A DNA stretch of 63,784 nucleotides, the filler included, from Rhabdomonas costata (taxonomy: Eukaryota): assembly GCA_019059605.1 (NCBI GenBank). It is 56 parts of 56 records of this genome, joined end to end, with 100 filler letters (N's around TTAATTAATTAA, not from the genome) between each part and the next. Parts side by side here need not be neighbours in the genome. Positions count along the whole stretch, not along the records: positions 49,063 to 50,103 come from JAHMHO010031892.1; positions 50,204 to 51,244 come from JAHMHO010031893.1; positions 51,345 to 52,383 come from JAHMHO010031894.1; positions 52,484 to 53,524 come from JAHMHO010031895.1; positions 53,625 to 54,665 come from JAHMHO010031896.1; positions 54,766 to 55,806 come from JAHMHO010031897.1; positions 55,907 to 56,947 come from JAHMHO010031898.1; positions 57,048 to 58,082 come from JAHMHO010031899.1; 48 more parts are not named here. One strand, given 5' to 3'. The position numbers and the translations under genes were made by a program. Under the pieces are notes generated by a model. The model had not been told where the DNA came from. It did no database searches and saw nothing but the letters and a program-made list of their open reading frames with translations. Within the stretch, counting starts at the first letter, position 1. Every line of letters begins with the position of its first letter. Shown one piece after another: positions 49,191-61,841 of this stretch.

Positions 49191-49306
49191 CCAGAAACCC
49201 AAGACTAACGCGTTCCCTATCACTCTACGCCTCACTTGTTCACGCCAGCTGGCGTGAACAAGTGAGGCGTAGAGTGATAGGGAACGCGTTAGTCTTGGGT
49301 TTCTGG
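49191..49306. repeat. Perfect 116-nt spacerless palindrome
   Basis: Symmetric about cacgccag|ctggcgtg (49248/49249). Confidence 0.95.
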
Positions 49307-50396
49307 GACGGAGAGGGGGTCTGAAGGTGGAGTGGAGGTGGTTGCGGTTGACCGGCCATGTGTATGTGTAATTAGATTTCTTTTTGCGCGTGGACCAAGA
49401 AACAGAAACCGCCCGTGCATGTCGCTACTTTGCTTTGTGTACAGGTTTGTTGTTTCACTGAGGACGTTTCTTATTGCGGTTTGAGACCTTTGCCGGAGTG
49501 AAAGTGAAAGGCTGGAACCGCAACCACCGCAATAGGAAAAATGGAGGAAATAAATCGGGTTGGGTGGGTCAAAGAGTTCGCAGGAAGCGGAAGGAGGCCC
49601 AGGAAATGGAAAACGCTTAATGGGACGATGGATGACCATGATTGCAGAACTGATGTGATGGTTTCTGGTCACGTTGGACGGACAGAACTTACTGGATAAT
49701 GGAAAAGACAGCCAAAAAGCGCCATACCTCAGCATGAAAAAAGCGCCCACCAAATTTGCTTCATCACATCGAAATTTTATGATTTACAACGGTGGTTTAA
49801 CTGCCTTCAAAGGAATGTTCCCACGTGGTTGTCCTGCCCAACCGCTTCCGCACCCCCATCCCAATTTTGATTTGGTGTTCTGGAGCCCCTGCTTGCTCAA
49901 AAAGTTTCACAAAAGAACCCTGTCACCATTGAAAGCGCATACGTGATTAGTTGGGAATTTTTAGTGTGTGGCCGGCGGTTCCGACGTTGTGGCAAGCGCC
50001 ATTAACAGCGCGTTCTTCACAGCGCGTCATTCCTTGAGCCCAACTGAGTCCCCGACGGGTAGGAGTCGCATGCATGGAACGTGGCAGATGTCCCACCACC
50101 CCANNNNNNNNNNNNNNNNNNNNNNNNNNNNNNNNNNNNNNNNNNNNTTAATTAATTAANNNNNNNNNNNNNNNNNNNNNNNNNNNNNNNNNNNNNNNNN
50201 NNNTGTGTGGGTGGGAGAGGGTCGGTATGGAGGAGAACGGGCACAAAATAGGGCTACCGCATATGGAGTGCACAGTGGTGCTGTGCGCTCTAAAGGTATC
50301 TTCCCCGTGAACACCGTGGCCAACAGCAAGTGCGCCTGTGAATCGACAGCGGTCAATAATGGCTCTTTGTAAAATTGCCAATTTGCCGCACGCCAG

Positions 50397-50907
50397 GCTC
50401 GGCGAACCCGCAAATGATCCTGGGCTTTGGCACGGTGATGTACGATGCGGACGGCGACCGCTTGGCTGTGTTGACAATGGTCTACCTCACCAGCACTATC
50501 TCTACGTCCATGGCCAGGGAATACTCCGTGCTAGGCGATGGTATTATCCGTGCTGTCGAGGGGGCCCTCCCTGAGACCTGAGAGTACCCTTACCTCGGAC
50601 CTTGTTATTCATGGTTTTATATTGGTTTCTTCGCAGCTTTCATTATCTTCTAATAAGGCCACCTCCACCCAGAAATTGAAAAAAAAAGTCTTGTACATTT
50701 CCATGAGAAGTTTTTTACCTCCATTTTTATCTGGCTGTTTCCTGCCCTCCGAATGAAAAGTTGCTTTCCTTGTGGAACAAAGAAGGGAAATGGGCGCTGG
50801 TCTCGACCAACGGCTCCCTGCTCGTCGCCTCCGTCAACACAACGCTGTTCCCTCTGGGGACGTACACGTCTCTGTACGACAAGTGGTTTGGGATCTGGGA
50901 GTTCACG
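50397..50907 (+). CDS. Cache-like sensor domain fragment, 2 exons
   Basis: 50397-50540 and 50786-50907: MILGFGTVMYDADGDRLAVLTMVYLTSTISTSM...GDGKWALVSTNGSLLVAS follows the dCache pattern (YD..G...V.....L..IS....G.G...LV..NG.L). Confidence 0.6.
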
Positions 50908-52755
50908 GTGTGCGTGCCTGGTCTGCCTTCGTGCCTGTATTTTGCTTATGATTATTAGCTGTCACAGCTTCTGAAAGACGAAAATCGACAGCGTGGGGTT
51001 CTCCGGAACCGTGAGGGCCGCTCGATTGCTCCCTGGGGGCGACCATGTTCACCAATGGTTACGACGCCCCCAACCACCAGCTCAGCTCACATCTACCTCG
51101 AATCGATTTTATTTCGTGATGGAGTGTGGCCTGAAAGAAGCTTGTTGTTTGACAGTGTACTGGATCCCCGCAAGCCAACCAGCAGGTGCAAAAATCCAAA
51201 TTTATTCGAGTGAAGGATTTGATTACGGTTACACAACCCACACANNNNNNNNNNNNNNNNNNNNNNNNNNNNNNNNNNNNNNNNNNNNTTAATTAATTAA
51301 NNNNNNNNNNNNNNNNNNNNNNNNNNNNNNNNNNNNNNNNNNNNGTTGTGGTGTCCCCTTAATAGCCGAGGAGCGTCACCCAGGGAGGGCGATCAACCCA
51401 CCCGTGCTTCCGGCTCGGCTCGCCCGTGCCCGTGCGCCGGTTTGGGGCGCTTCTGGGCCCTGGGAGCCCGGCGTCAGGATCTCCGGGGATCAGGATCGGC
51501 GTCAGGATCTCCCATCCTCCGAGCGCGGGGAGCGCCTCCCACCTCTTCTTGTACATTAGCCTCCTCTCGCACATTATAATATATCTTTACAGGTTGAAAG
51601 ATTTTGTGATCCCGCAGTTGCTGATTTCCCTTTGAGCAGGGGTTGAAGCGCAGGAGGGGGGTTCGGGTTTGCCACTGACTGAGGGTCTTAAACACATACC
51701 TGGCCCACACCTGGTCGCGAGAGGACATACCAAAGTCCAAGTGGCAGCATCCCTGCCCCGTGCCTTGTCACGAATCTCCCATTGGCAATGCAGCATCGCG
51801 GTCGTCTTAGCATCCTGCTGCTTCAGGCTGCCTTGGGATTGGCTTGTAATGGTAGCGGTTTGTAAACTGTATGCATAGAGTGGTTGAAAACGACTTTTGC
51901 TTTTTGGACTGTCGGTTTACAGCTTATGGTTGTGGAAAAGCCCCCATACCTCTTGGATGTACTCCTCATTTTCCAAACATGCAGTCTTCAACTTCAGATT
52001 GTGAATCTTTTGCTTCCTGGCAGCCTCGAGAGTGATGTCCGTCATGGTTTCAGCAAACGGTAACGTAAAAGCAAAAACAATACTTACTTTCTGTCTAAGA
52101 CGTGTCTCTTATAATCTCTCCACTGGCTCTTTTTGCTCACTGGAATTCGAATCAATATAAAATTGCAACTATTTTTCATCACTTTCCGAAGTTGAAGGAA
52201 TTGCGTTTTAATTTTTGGGACAGCGGTCTTTTGAAACGGTTGCGTGGCGTTCCTTGGGTCCAGAATTAACAATTTTCAGAGAGGATCTGACTGGTTTGGT
52301 CAATCCCGGAACCCTTCCAAGTAGAAGTGAATCCGCTCATGAAAAGACCCTCCATCCAGCAGTGCCAAGGAAGACACCAACCCNNNNNNNNNNNNNNNNN
52401 NNNNNNNNNNNNNNNNNNNNNNNNNNNTTAATTAATTAANNNNNNNNNNNNNNNNNNNNNNNNNNNNNNNNNNNNNNNNNNNNGTGTTTTTGTTGGGGAT
52501 CAGCCCCGCAGCCCTCATCAAAAGTCCAAAAAGATTGCGCTCTTTCGACTGTATGTTCCGTTGGTTAGCGATGGCATCTCGGGGATGAGCAGCCCTTTAG
52601 GGTAGTCGGGAAAGAGAAGCAAGAAACCGCGTGAAGCGAGAAGAAAGACCATTTGCTAGAATACCTCCAACGTGATGGGAGTATTGAGGGAGTAATAGGG
52701 GTTACAACCGCGATCCGTATCTAGGTCACAGGTAAGCAGGTCAGCGGAGGCACAC

Positions 52756-52958
52756 CTCAGGGGTAAGCAGCTTCTCGAGGCGGTCGGGGAAGCTCTCCCC
52801 CTTGACGCGAGTGGTCGCCTTGGATGCTGGCCGGGGCTTCGGCGGTGCGGGCTTGGAGGCCAGAGTCTGCTCGGCGACCAGGGAAGCGCTGGCCACAGGG
52901 GCACCAGCCACCGCACTGGGCTCAGACAGCACAGCCACCACGCTTTCCACGCGTTCGT
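52756..52958 (-). CDS. Internal exon, unknown protein
   Basis: gacag|ERVESVVAVLSEP...KGESFPDRLEKLLTPE|gtgtgc. Confidence 0.5.
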
Positions 52959-53253
52959 CTGTCACGTAAAAAGGACACGAGGCCAAACAAAATAAAAACA
53001 ATGGCACAGTGGAGGATACAGACTCATCATTGAGGTGCTTGAGGTGCTGATTCCCCTAAGGCATCTTACTTTTTTTTTCCGTCTCCACGACTCAGCCGGA
53101 AGCTAGAACAGAGAGAAAATGACAAAGCTCCGTCTGAGGCCACATTCGAGATCTTTCGCGTCGGCCGGGAGTGTTTATGTGGTCCAAAGAAAAGCATGTG
53201 GGTAAGCAATGAGACACTAAAAGCACTTAATATCCACGGTTCACGGGTCAGCA

Positions 53254-53524
53254 AAACCTTCCACTCACGCCATCAGGTGAATAATGCACCATATCGTTAG
53301 AAGGCCTCAGCCCCTCCCCCCAACCAATATGATCCTCCCTACTTCGTGACCAACCGATTGGAGAATAGTCTGATGACCAATGGACCAATAACCCAATGAC
53401 CTAATGACCAATGGAGAGCAGTGCTGATACGTGGACTACAAAAAAAAGGGGGGCAAACCTTCCACTCACGCCATCAGGTGAATAATGCACCATATCGTTA
53501 GAAGGCCTCAGCCCCTCCCCCCAA
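53254..53524. repeat. Direct repeat, 201-nt period
   Basis: 53254-53323 is identical to 53455-53524; CCAAT-like motifs cluster between them. Confidence 0.9.
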
Positions 53525-53888
53525 NNNNNNNNNNNNNNNNNNNNNNNNNNNNNNNNNNNNNNNNNNNNTTAATTAATTAANNNNNNNNNNNNNNNNNNNN
53601 NNNNNNNNNNNNNNNNNNNNNNNNGTTGTGGTGGAAGAGTACAGAACAGTAAGAACTCGGGTTGCCTGTACGCCCGTCACTTACCCCGTGAGGAGTGCCT
53701 TCTCTTGAGCCTTCCCCGTGCCTTCGTTTAACACCTCCGGTCTGTTTCTGGGGACTCCAGGAAACCCGAGTTCTTACTGTTCTGTACTCTTCCAGCACAG
53801 CCACGTGCACTCTCAACAGCCTCTGGTTTCTGTGGCCTGTAGAGAGAAATTCTGCTATGGTGTGTGTGCGCTATTCCATGTTTTGCAG

Positions 53889-54411
53889 AGCCTGTACCGG
53901 GTCGGAAACGTAGTGTGCTGGGCTGCTTTCAGCAGTACTACAGCAAAAGCCCAGGTGTGTGTTTGTGTGTGTGGCCCGGGATTCTCTGCTGCTTTGGTTT
54001 CTATTTCTTCCTTTTTCTTCTGAACAGTACCAGCTTTGAGCGCACGCTCGTTGCACATCGTGGTGTACGTGCCAGCAGTGGCATCCGTTTCCAATGTGGT
54101 GATGTTGGGTCAAGTAACCCGTGCCTAAAATGTAGTGGCGTGACATCGCCTCACGAAAATTGAGGTCATTTTTAATGGGAAACACCTTTTCCGTGCCCCC
54201 CTCTCACATACCCTTGCCCAGAGATAGAACGCTGACCCTTTTGCTTTACGAGATCTGACGGATGTGGGGATGTGGCGGCTGGGCTTGCCAGGTGGCCAAT
54301 GAGTTCATTGCGCAGAGCGGGCGGAGCTCGCTTTTTATTATCACCCCTTTGCCCGGGGATCTGTGCCAGGCCAAGTACATCTCCGTATTTTCGGCCTTCC
54401 CCGACGAGGAG
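53889..54411 (+). CDS. R-S-E type (ARTC/VIP2-like) ADP-ribosyltransferase domain, 2 exons
   Basis: 53889-53954 and 54292-54411 in frame: SLYRVGNVVCWAAFSSTTAKAQVANEF...SLFII...AKYISVFSAFPDEE; shows the STS-like motif, VA..F and the IS.FS.FP.E run-up to the catalytic Glu. Confidence 0.8.
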
Positions 54412-55915
54412 GTGGACACCTCTTTTCCTTTGTTACTTACCTCTCTCCTTCTCTCTCCCTCTCGAGGATTTATTCTCATTTCTCATGTATCACTTACACA
54501 AGTCTCACCCAGGCACCCCTCCCACTGGGGCACACACGCGCCCCAGTGGCCCCTGGCTCTCCGTATCCGATTGGAGCCCCTTTTAACTTAAGTGTCGGAC
54601 GTGGGCGTATTATTAACCTCTCGGAGAGGCTCGTCCAATCCTTTGGATTCACTGCCCAAACCACANNNNNNNNNNNNNNNNNNNNNNNNNNNNNNNNNNN
54701 NNNNNNNNNTTAATTAATTAANNNNNNNNNNNNNNNNNNNNNNNNNNNNNNNNNNNNNNNNNNNNGGTTTGTGGTCAAGGCTCTGTCGTCGTTAAAGTAC
54801 GTCTTTCTTTTGGTTCTTTCACACGTGACATTGTGTTGAGTTTCGGAAGGGTCTCCGCCTGCCGTTATACCGTCTTGCGGCGCCTCCGCGCTGTGAGATG
54901 ATCCGCACCTGTGGGAGCGCTTCGTGTTGTTTCCTTTTGCTTTTCTTCTCTTCTGCAGACCTCTCACAAAAATTCTTTTCCCCCTTCTGCTTGCCCTTAT
55001 GACCAGTGGACATGTCGGTGACTCTAATTGGGCAAAGTTTGGGTGACTTTGACAGTATCCCAAGAAGGATCCCAGGAAGAATCAAATTCGACGTTGAGCC
55101 ACCATAACATTCCAGAGTTTTCCCCAAAACATTGTCTGTTAAGACAAGCCGTTCCTGTTGTGTATTTTAGGTGACAGGACAGAACCGCGAGTTGAAGGAG
55201 ACAATCAGTTTGCACCCTTCAGAATGTATATCAGGTGGGTATTCATACTTTTGTGTCGGCTTTGTCAGAGTGAGTGTACCGGCAGTCAGCATCGTTCACA
55301 GTTTATGCGAAAGGAAGAAGAATGTAACAATTTACAATTTACGGCAAAAGCAGACATTTTCCTCCCTCCCGCCGCATTCAGAACGGTGAGAGGCCACCTC
55401 TGATTCACCCCTTTCACCTTTCAGGACGAAGCATTTTCCACGTTCTTAAATTGGTGCTTGGTTTTGCGATGATGTTAAAGATTTTCTATCGACAAATCAT
55501 GTGCCTTTGCCCCGTAATATGGATTTTTTGAAGCTTCGTTCTGATATTTATAGCGGCGCTCTGAAAAATTTCAAAACTCTACTGCCAATTTTTTTTCAAT
55601 TTTGAAAACTTGTATTGCATCCCTATAAATTTCTTGAAGCATCGCTATAAAAGGGGCGATAATAAAAATAAACCACAAAGATTGGATCACATTTCTCATC
55701 CTCGTTTGCTCCGTTCTCGTTCCACTCGTGTCACACGGCGGCTGGTGCAAACCTCTGGGCTTTTCCAGTATCTCGACAGCTGGGCGCTGACCTTCCCCTT
55801 GCACTGNNNNNNNNNNNNNNNNNNNNNNNNNNNNNNNNNNNNNNNNNNNNTTAATTAATTAANNNNNNNNNNNNNNNNNNNNNNNNNNNNNNNNNNNNNN
55901 NNNNNNGTGTTGGTT

Positions 55916-56876
55916 GTCATGGGCAGATGCGGGCTTCACCTGAGTGAAATCGCAACCACACTCTCCTAAACTCCATCTGTCGCACACAAGACACACACAC
56001 ACACACACGAACAAAGAACATTTTTCAAAAGAGGACACGCAAAAACGATGCTATAATCTCAGCGAGAACATCGACCTGCAGGTTTGGAGAGTCAGTGTGG
56101 GCTCCGACAATCTTGAGCCCGTTCTGGGGCTCAAACTTGCCGCCAACCGCAAAGGCTACAATCGATGTCCCTCCGCGGGTAAAGAAGTACCGCCCTAAAG
56201 AAGAGGAAAGGGACGTGTGCCCTCATAATCCTATTCCATTTTTTCCACCAAAGAAGGCTCCCTTCGTTTTCGCGCAGTGACAGCCCTTGGAGCTGCCAAG
56301 AACTCAGAGACCTTCAAAACTGAAACGCGACTGCATCAGCGAAGGAGTGCGTGTTACAGCTTTTACTAGGGTGCGCAAACATTAATAATATTTCTCTGCA
56401 GCAATAAAGCTTGACTGGATTAAATTCGTTTCAAAGTAACGGAATTATGATGAATACAACGAATGACAGGGGGTTGCAGAGGTGCAAGACAAGTGGACAG
56501 ATGCAACCTCCCAGTTAATCCAACATTTCCGACAAGACTTCCCTTCCCTCACCTACCATTCTTTTCGATGTGACCAGCCCAGGAGGCCTTCTCGGAGAGG
56601 CGCTTGTACCCGCTCTTTTCCAGACGCTTCACACAGATGTCTGAAAAAGAACAAGCGGTTCAAAACCCAACAAAAAACAGCAGTGAGACGCGGCTGCAAG
56701 GGCAAGTCAAATCATTATGCACTATACAAGCACACACCAACTGCGTGGAAGGGGGACGGCGACTGATTGATGAACTGCAGCAGCTTCTCACTGAACTGAA
56801 AGAGACAAAATCAATTAAGATCAGATCTGGTTTTTGCGCTTTCAGTGCAACCTCTTCTGTTACTTCATACACTCAT
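55916..56876 (-). CDS. DNPEP: Aspartyl aminopeptidase (M18), first 5 exons
   Basis: 56876-56871, 56795-56738, 56640-56557, 56194-56076, 55939 onward: MSFSEKLLQFINQSPSPFHAV...GYKRLSE...RYFFTRGGTSIVAFAVGG...IVGAHTDSPNLQVKP. Confidence 0.95.
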
Positions 56877-57089
56877 GGAAGGAAAGGAAGAAAGACTGCC
56901 CAAAACTCTTAAAATTTCTAGGTGGTATCGAGCCATACCAAAAACAANNNNNNNNNNNNNNNNNNNNNNNNNNNNNNNNNNNNNNNNNNNNTTAATTAAT
57001 TAANNNNNNNNNNNNNNNNNNNNNNNNNNNNNNNNNNNNNNNNNNNNGGGTGTGGGTTGCCTGCACCACGTTTGGGCTTTTGGGGGCAG

Positions 57090-57887
57090 GTGTACGACAA
57101 TGAGAGCCACCGCCTGCTGGGCTTTGACCCGGTGGCCAGGCTGTTCTCTCTGAATCTCACCTATGTGCTGACTCCAGCCAGCATACCGCCGCACACCCTG
57201 CAGACAGATTCCTTGCCGGAGGTTTGGCGACGCCTCTCCCACCTCTCCCGCCTTTTTTTGGACCGTGAGGTGATCTGCCAAGTTGGCTTTTGGGGCTCTT
57301 TGGAGACCAAAACACACGTCACCCTTTGTGCAGGTACAAGTATTTCGTGACAGTATAACAGGTATCGGTATTTCGGTTAGTTCTGTTGCACCGGTTTGCT
57401 GTCTTCGGGCGCCAACTTGGGACCGGAGAGGCCCTTTTTCGGTGTTGGAGGGTGACGTATCATACTCTCTTATCTATATCGATCGTTTCCAAACACACAC
57501 ACACACACACACACTCACTCACTCACTCACTCACACTCACACATAGAACTCCGCCCCCTCACATCCAGCTATTTTTCCATTCCCCCTCCTTTATCTCTCT
57601 GCAGTTTTGCTGCCGAGGTTTGTGCCCGACTTTGGACACTGTGGACTGTTTTTGTCCAACCTAGGGAGGTGGGAATGAATGCCCGCTCCTTCTTCTCCCG
57701 CTGTAGATGTAGTCTTGGCAGAATGGGCATGTGGGATTGTTGGGGTGGGTGGGGCAGGCTTCCATCTCTGCCGCTACGGCGCTGCGCGGCCACAACAGAA
57801 ACTACGCCGTGAACGGCACGATGGGGGTGTACTCTCGAGATGGCTTGGCGGTGGCCTCTGGGCTGTGGATCCCCTACCCTCCCGTCG
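57090..57887 (+). CDS. Two exons, unknown protein
   Basis: 57090-57221 and 57758 to about 57887, phase-compatible, GC3-rich. Confidence 0.45.
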
Positions 57888-58784
57888 GCTTGTATGCCGA
57901 TAGGAAGGAAGGCAAATGAGCTGTACTCTTCCTGGATGACACCGTTTTTTTAGGGGGGACCCCTCACTCTCTAGGTTAACGTTTCCTGTATTCACAACAA
58001 ACCCTGTTCAAAATACTGCAGGCTTTGGCAGCCTGGTTTTCGAGTATTCTACGGTATGGTATGAAATTGGTTAACACCACCCNNNNNNNNNNNNNNNNNN
58101 NNNNNNNNNNNNNNNNNNNNNNNNNNTTAATTAATTAANNNNNNNNNNNNNNNNNNNNNNNNNNNNNNNNNNNNNNNNNNNNTTTGTTTGGTGTGTTGTT
58201 GATTTATTCAGCACGTTGTGGATATCGTTGTTGAACTATGCGTTGCGCGGGGATGAAGCGTTGCACATATACAACAAAAAATGTACCCCCTACTGGTGCG
58301 GAACCTGGAAAAAAAAATCCGGCGATGCAGCGTGTCGGGAAACGCCAGAGATGATTTGGCTCCGCTCTCGGAACAGAGTGTGGATTTGGATTCCAACAAA
58401 AGACCAGTAAGCGTACTGGTTGGCAAACGACTCACGCGACAAGTTCGGATGTAATTCCCGTGGCCCGTGGCATTCCAGCGTTGACGCAGTATTGCACAGC
58501 AACCGTTTTCCTTGGTGATCACTACCAACTGTTTTGCGTGGCAAGTGAGGGACCTCTGGACTGTCCCCAGCTCGCACACACCGCAATGAAATTTTACTTG
58601 TAACTTGGTCCAAAGGAAAGGAATGCAGCATTTGAGATAGAATATCCTCGTACACAAGCCAAAACAGGCATGGTTTCTACTCGGCAACACCAGGGACTTA
58701 TCCACTCGTCCAGGACCTGAGTGGTCCAGCTAGGGTGATGATAGGTGTCGTGGTAGCTGGGTGCTTTATTTCGTTCACGCAAAG

Positions 58785-58919
58785 TCGGACTTCATGGCGA
58801 CCAACGCGGCGCAGCTGGAGGCCTCCCTGGACGCCGAGCGCCAGATCACCTCCGAAGTAGCCGCGCTACTGCTGGCCGAGAAGACTAAGCTCAACCAGCT
58901 AAGAGAAGAACAGAGGAAG
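58785..58919 (+). CDS. Coiled-coil exon, unknown protein
   Basis: ...MATNAAQLEASLDAERQITSEVAALLLAEKTKLNQLREEQRK|gttact. Confidence 0.5.
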
Positions 58920-59759
58920 GTTACTTCGTGTGTCTGCGAACTTAGCCTGAATGGTGCGATGTGGCAGTGTGCAACTCACAGAGGCTTGCAACTCAAAGAG
59001 GGGGTTTGCACCCAAATGCACCCCTTCTCCCATGTCGGGATTAACGTTCTTTCTCCCCCGATATGACTCCGGAAATTCCTCGGTAAGTTTTCTGATATGT
59101 CAACCCCACAGCCTATATTTTCTGCTCCCTGTCCCCCTTTCTTCCTTTGAATTACAACCTACCACCATTTACAACCAACTCTTGAAATTGAAATCACCCC
59201 CCACACCCAAACACACCCACCACNNNNNNNNNNNNNNNNNNNNNNNNNNNNNNNNNNNNNNNNNNNNTTAATTAATTAANNNNNNNNNNNNNNNNNNNNN
59301 NNNNNNNNNNNNNNNNNNNNNNNGTTGGGTTTTTCTTCTCTGCTCATTTTCACCGCCAGCATCCAAAAGTTACAGACTAAAGAGCAGCTGGCAGGGGAAA
59401 AGGTAAACCTTTGCGGAAGCATCTATGGAGGTCTGCTCCCGACGTTCAGCCTGAAAAGAGAAAAGGCCCGAAAGTAATAGTGGCCATGCCGTGCCTCTGG
59501 TTTTAGATCCTGTTCCTCCGTTACCCACTAACCACGAGCGGAGGGGTGACTCATATCACCGTGCTCTGAGAACTTGCTCGACTCTGACTCTGAAAAAAGC
59601 ATGCACACATGCCAGCCGGTTGCAGTTTTCCTCTCGAGGCCAACCAGGCCCACAGCTAGCTACACAACGCCTGCAAACCTTTGCAACCTGATTTTCTGAA
59701 CCTAATTCAGCTCCTGTTTCCCTAGGACCACTGAGGCCCTTAGCTGCGTGCTGTGGTAC

Positions 59760-59882
59760 CTTCTGCTTCTGCTTGGCATGCTTCTTGTACTTCCGCTTGA
59801 TTCGCTCCGCCTCGGAAAGAGCGTTCAACTCCTCAGCGTCAGCCTCGTCCGTAGAAGACTGCCCCTGCCCCTTGGAGTCGGC
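59760..59882 (-). CDS. Charged exon, unknown protein
   Basis: gcag|ADSKGQGQSSTDEADAEELNALSEAERIKRKYKKHAKQKQK|gtacca. Confidence 0.55.
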
Positions 59883-60474
59883 CTGCGGCGAGACGGGCCG
59901 AGTAGGAAAAAGGCAGAAGGCCATAGGTCGACGTTTCAATAACCACTGCAGCCAAACATTGGACCAGTATCAACAAATCTCTGGACTATATATCTCGATA
60001 CTCATTCCGAAATAGTAGATGAAGATGAGTGATGTCCGGTACACTCCACTCCACAGCTTAGTGCAAGAGGTACCCAGTGGCGCGAAATCGGAGAAGAGAG
60101 AAGAAAGCGGGGTGGGGTGGGGATCGGTCTTTCCTGCTGGTCGAAACCGCTGCCGCGACTGAAACCCGCTACTGCAAACAAAACCCACGAATATACTGGT
60201 ATTGCAACCTTGCGCTCCGCGGCCCAAAACATTCATGGCCATTGCCAGAGACACGTGGGTCGCAACTTAACCCCCTACAACCTAACCCCTGCAAACCTTC
60301 TACGACAAATATAAAATCGTGCCTTCGTTTCCATTGGTTTCCAATCAGTTTCCGGCTGGTTTCNNNNNNNNNNNNNNNNNNNNNNNNNNNNNNNNNNNNN
60401 NNNNNNNTTAATTAATTAANNNNNNNNNNNNNNNNNNNNNNNNNNNNNNNNNNNNNNNNNNNNGGGGGGTGTGT

Positions 60475-60619
60475 GCCTGTATTTTCCATAATAAAAGCAC
60501 ACATGTCCCCAAGAATACACCAACGACGTAAAAACTTACTGTTCCAGACTGTTTCTGAGCTTTGACGTCGTTGGTGTATTCTTGGGGACATGTGTGCTTT
60601 TATTATGGAAAATACAGGC
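60475..60619. repeat. Perfect 55-nt inverted repeat at contig start
   Basis: 60475-60529 is the reverse complement of 60565-60619. Confidence 0.9.
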
Positions 60620-61841
60620 CAATTGCAATGGAATGGGAGTGTGCCCTAATTTTTGCGGCTATTGCCCCTTTTACGGCTTTCCCGTTTCGGTCAGGCTGGT
60701 ATTAGAAAGCCTGTGGCAGACAATGTATGAAGGTGCCCACTTGAGGCACTCAGAGGGTCGTCAAGTTCAGCGGAGGTGGGAGTGCGACAGAACATACTCA
60801 GCCCACCCACAAGAACACATTACGTCCGCATCTGTTATATGATAAACAGGAGGGGGAAAGAGACCATCCCCCTCGCTCGGGGGTAGATAGCCTCTCGGAA
60901 AGACACTCTGCCGTTTAGAAAAACTAATCTAATCTTCGACATCCTTGTCGTGTTCTTGGGGACATTTGAGCTTCGATTACATTATCGATTACATTACGAA
61001 AACTACGTGTCGATTGCTAGTTCAGTTCAAAAACTGGCTCAATTGTTTGCCGGGCCTCCACCCCTCTTTGCAATACCCTTTGTCGTGTAATTGGGGGAGG
61101 GGGAGAGCACCTCCTGCATGTGCAGACTGCGGGCGACCAGCTGTGACGATAGAGGTGAGGAAGCGTAAAGCTGACGGAAATGGCGATAGTTTGGCCGGCA
61201 TACGTTCAGCAGTGAACCTTTTTCTAGGGGACACGTGCATCGCATCCTAACCCCTTGCGAGATCAATTATCTTGTCCTAGGGGACACGGTCATCGCCTGC
61301 GAGATCAAATATAAAAAGATTCACTGGAAATGCCCATCGCGAATGTGCTCCACAGTCGTGAGCCCATCAGTAGGCCAAAAGAACGAACTGCTTCAAAAGA
61401 AAGCTTAGAGCCCTCCGAGGGACTAAGGCGGCAGTTCTGGTCAGTACACACAAAGTCATCACTTCCCTTCCCCACACACCCGCACACCCGCAAGACCAAC
61501 CACANNNNNNNNNNNNNNNNNNNNNNNNNNNNNNNNNNNNNNNNNNNNTTAATTAATTAANNNNNNNNNNNNNNNNNNNNNNNNNNNNNNNNNNNNNNNN
61601 NNNNGTTGTGGGGGGTCAATCTCCTCCATTAATGGACAAATCACGAACAGAACAGAGCCTCTTGAACAACCAGAAATCAAGCCACCTCATTAGGTGGGCC
61701 GAATGTTTGCATGCTGAAGTCTGCGCTTCCGAGGCCCTTAGCTCGCCCTCGCTATGCGCCCTTTGCCGCATCAGAAGCGAAGCGACTATGCCGTTCTCTC
61801 TGTTTAGGTGTTTGCGAGTGGTGATTGGGTGTGCGTCATAG

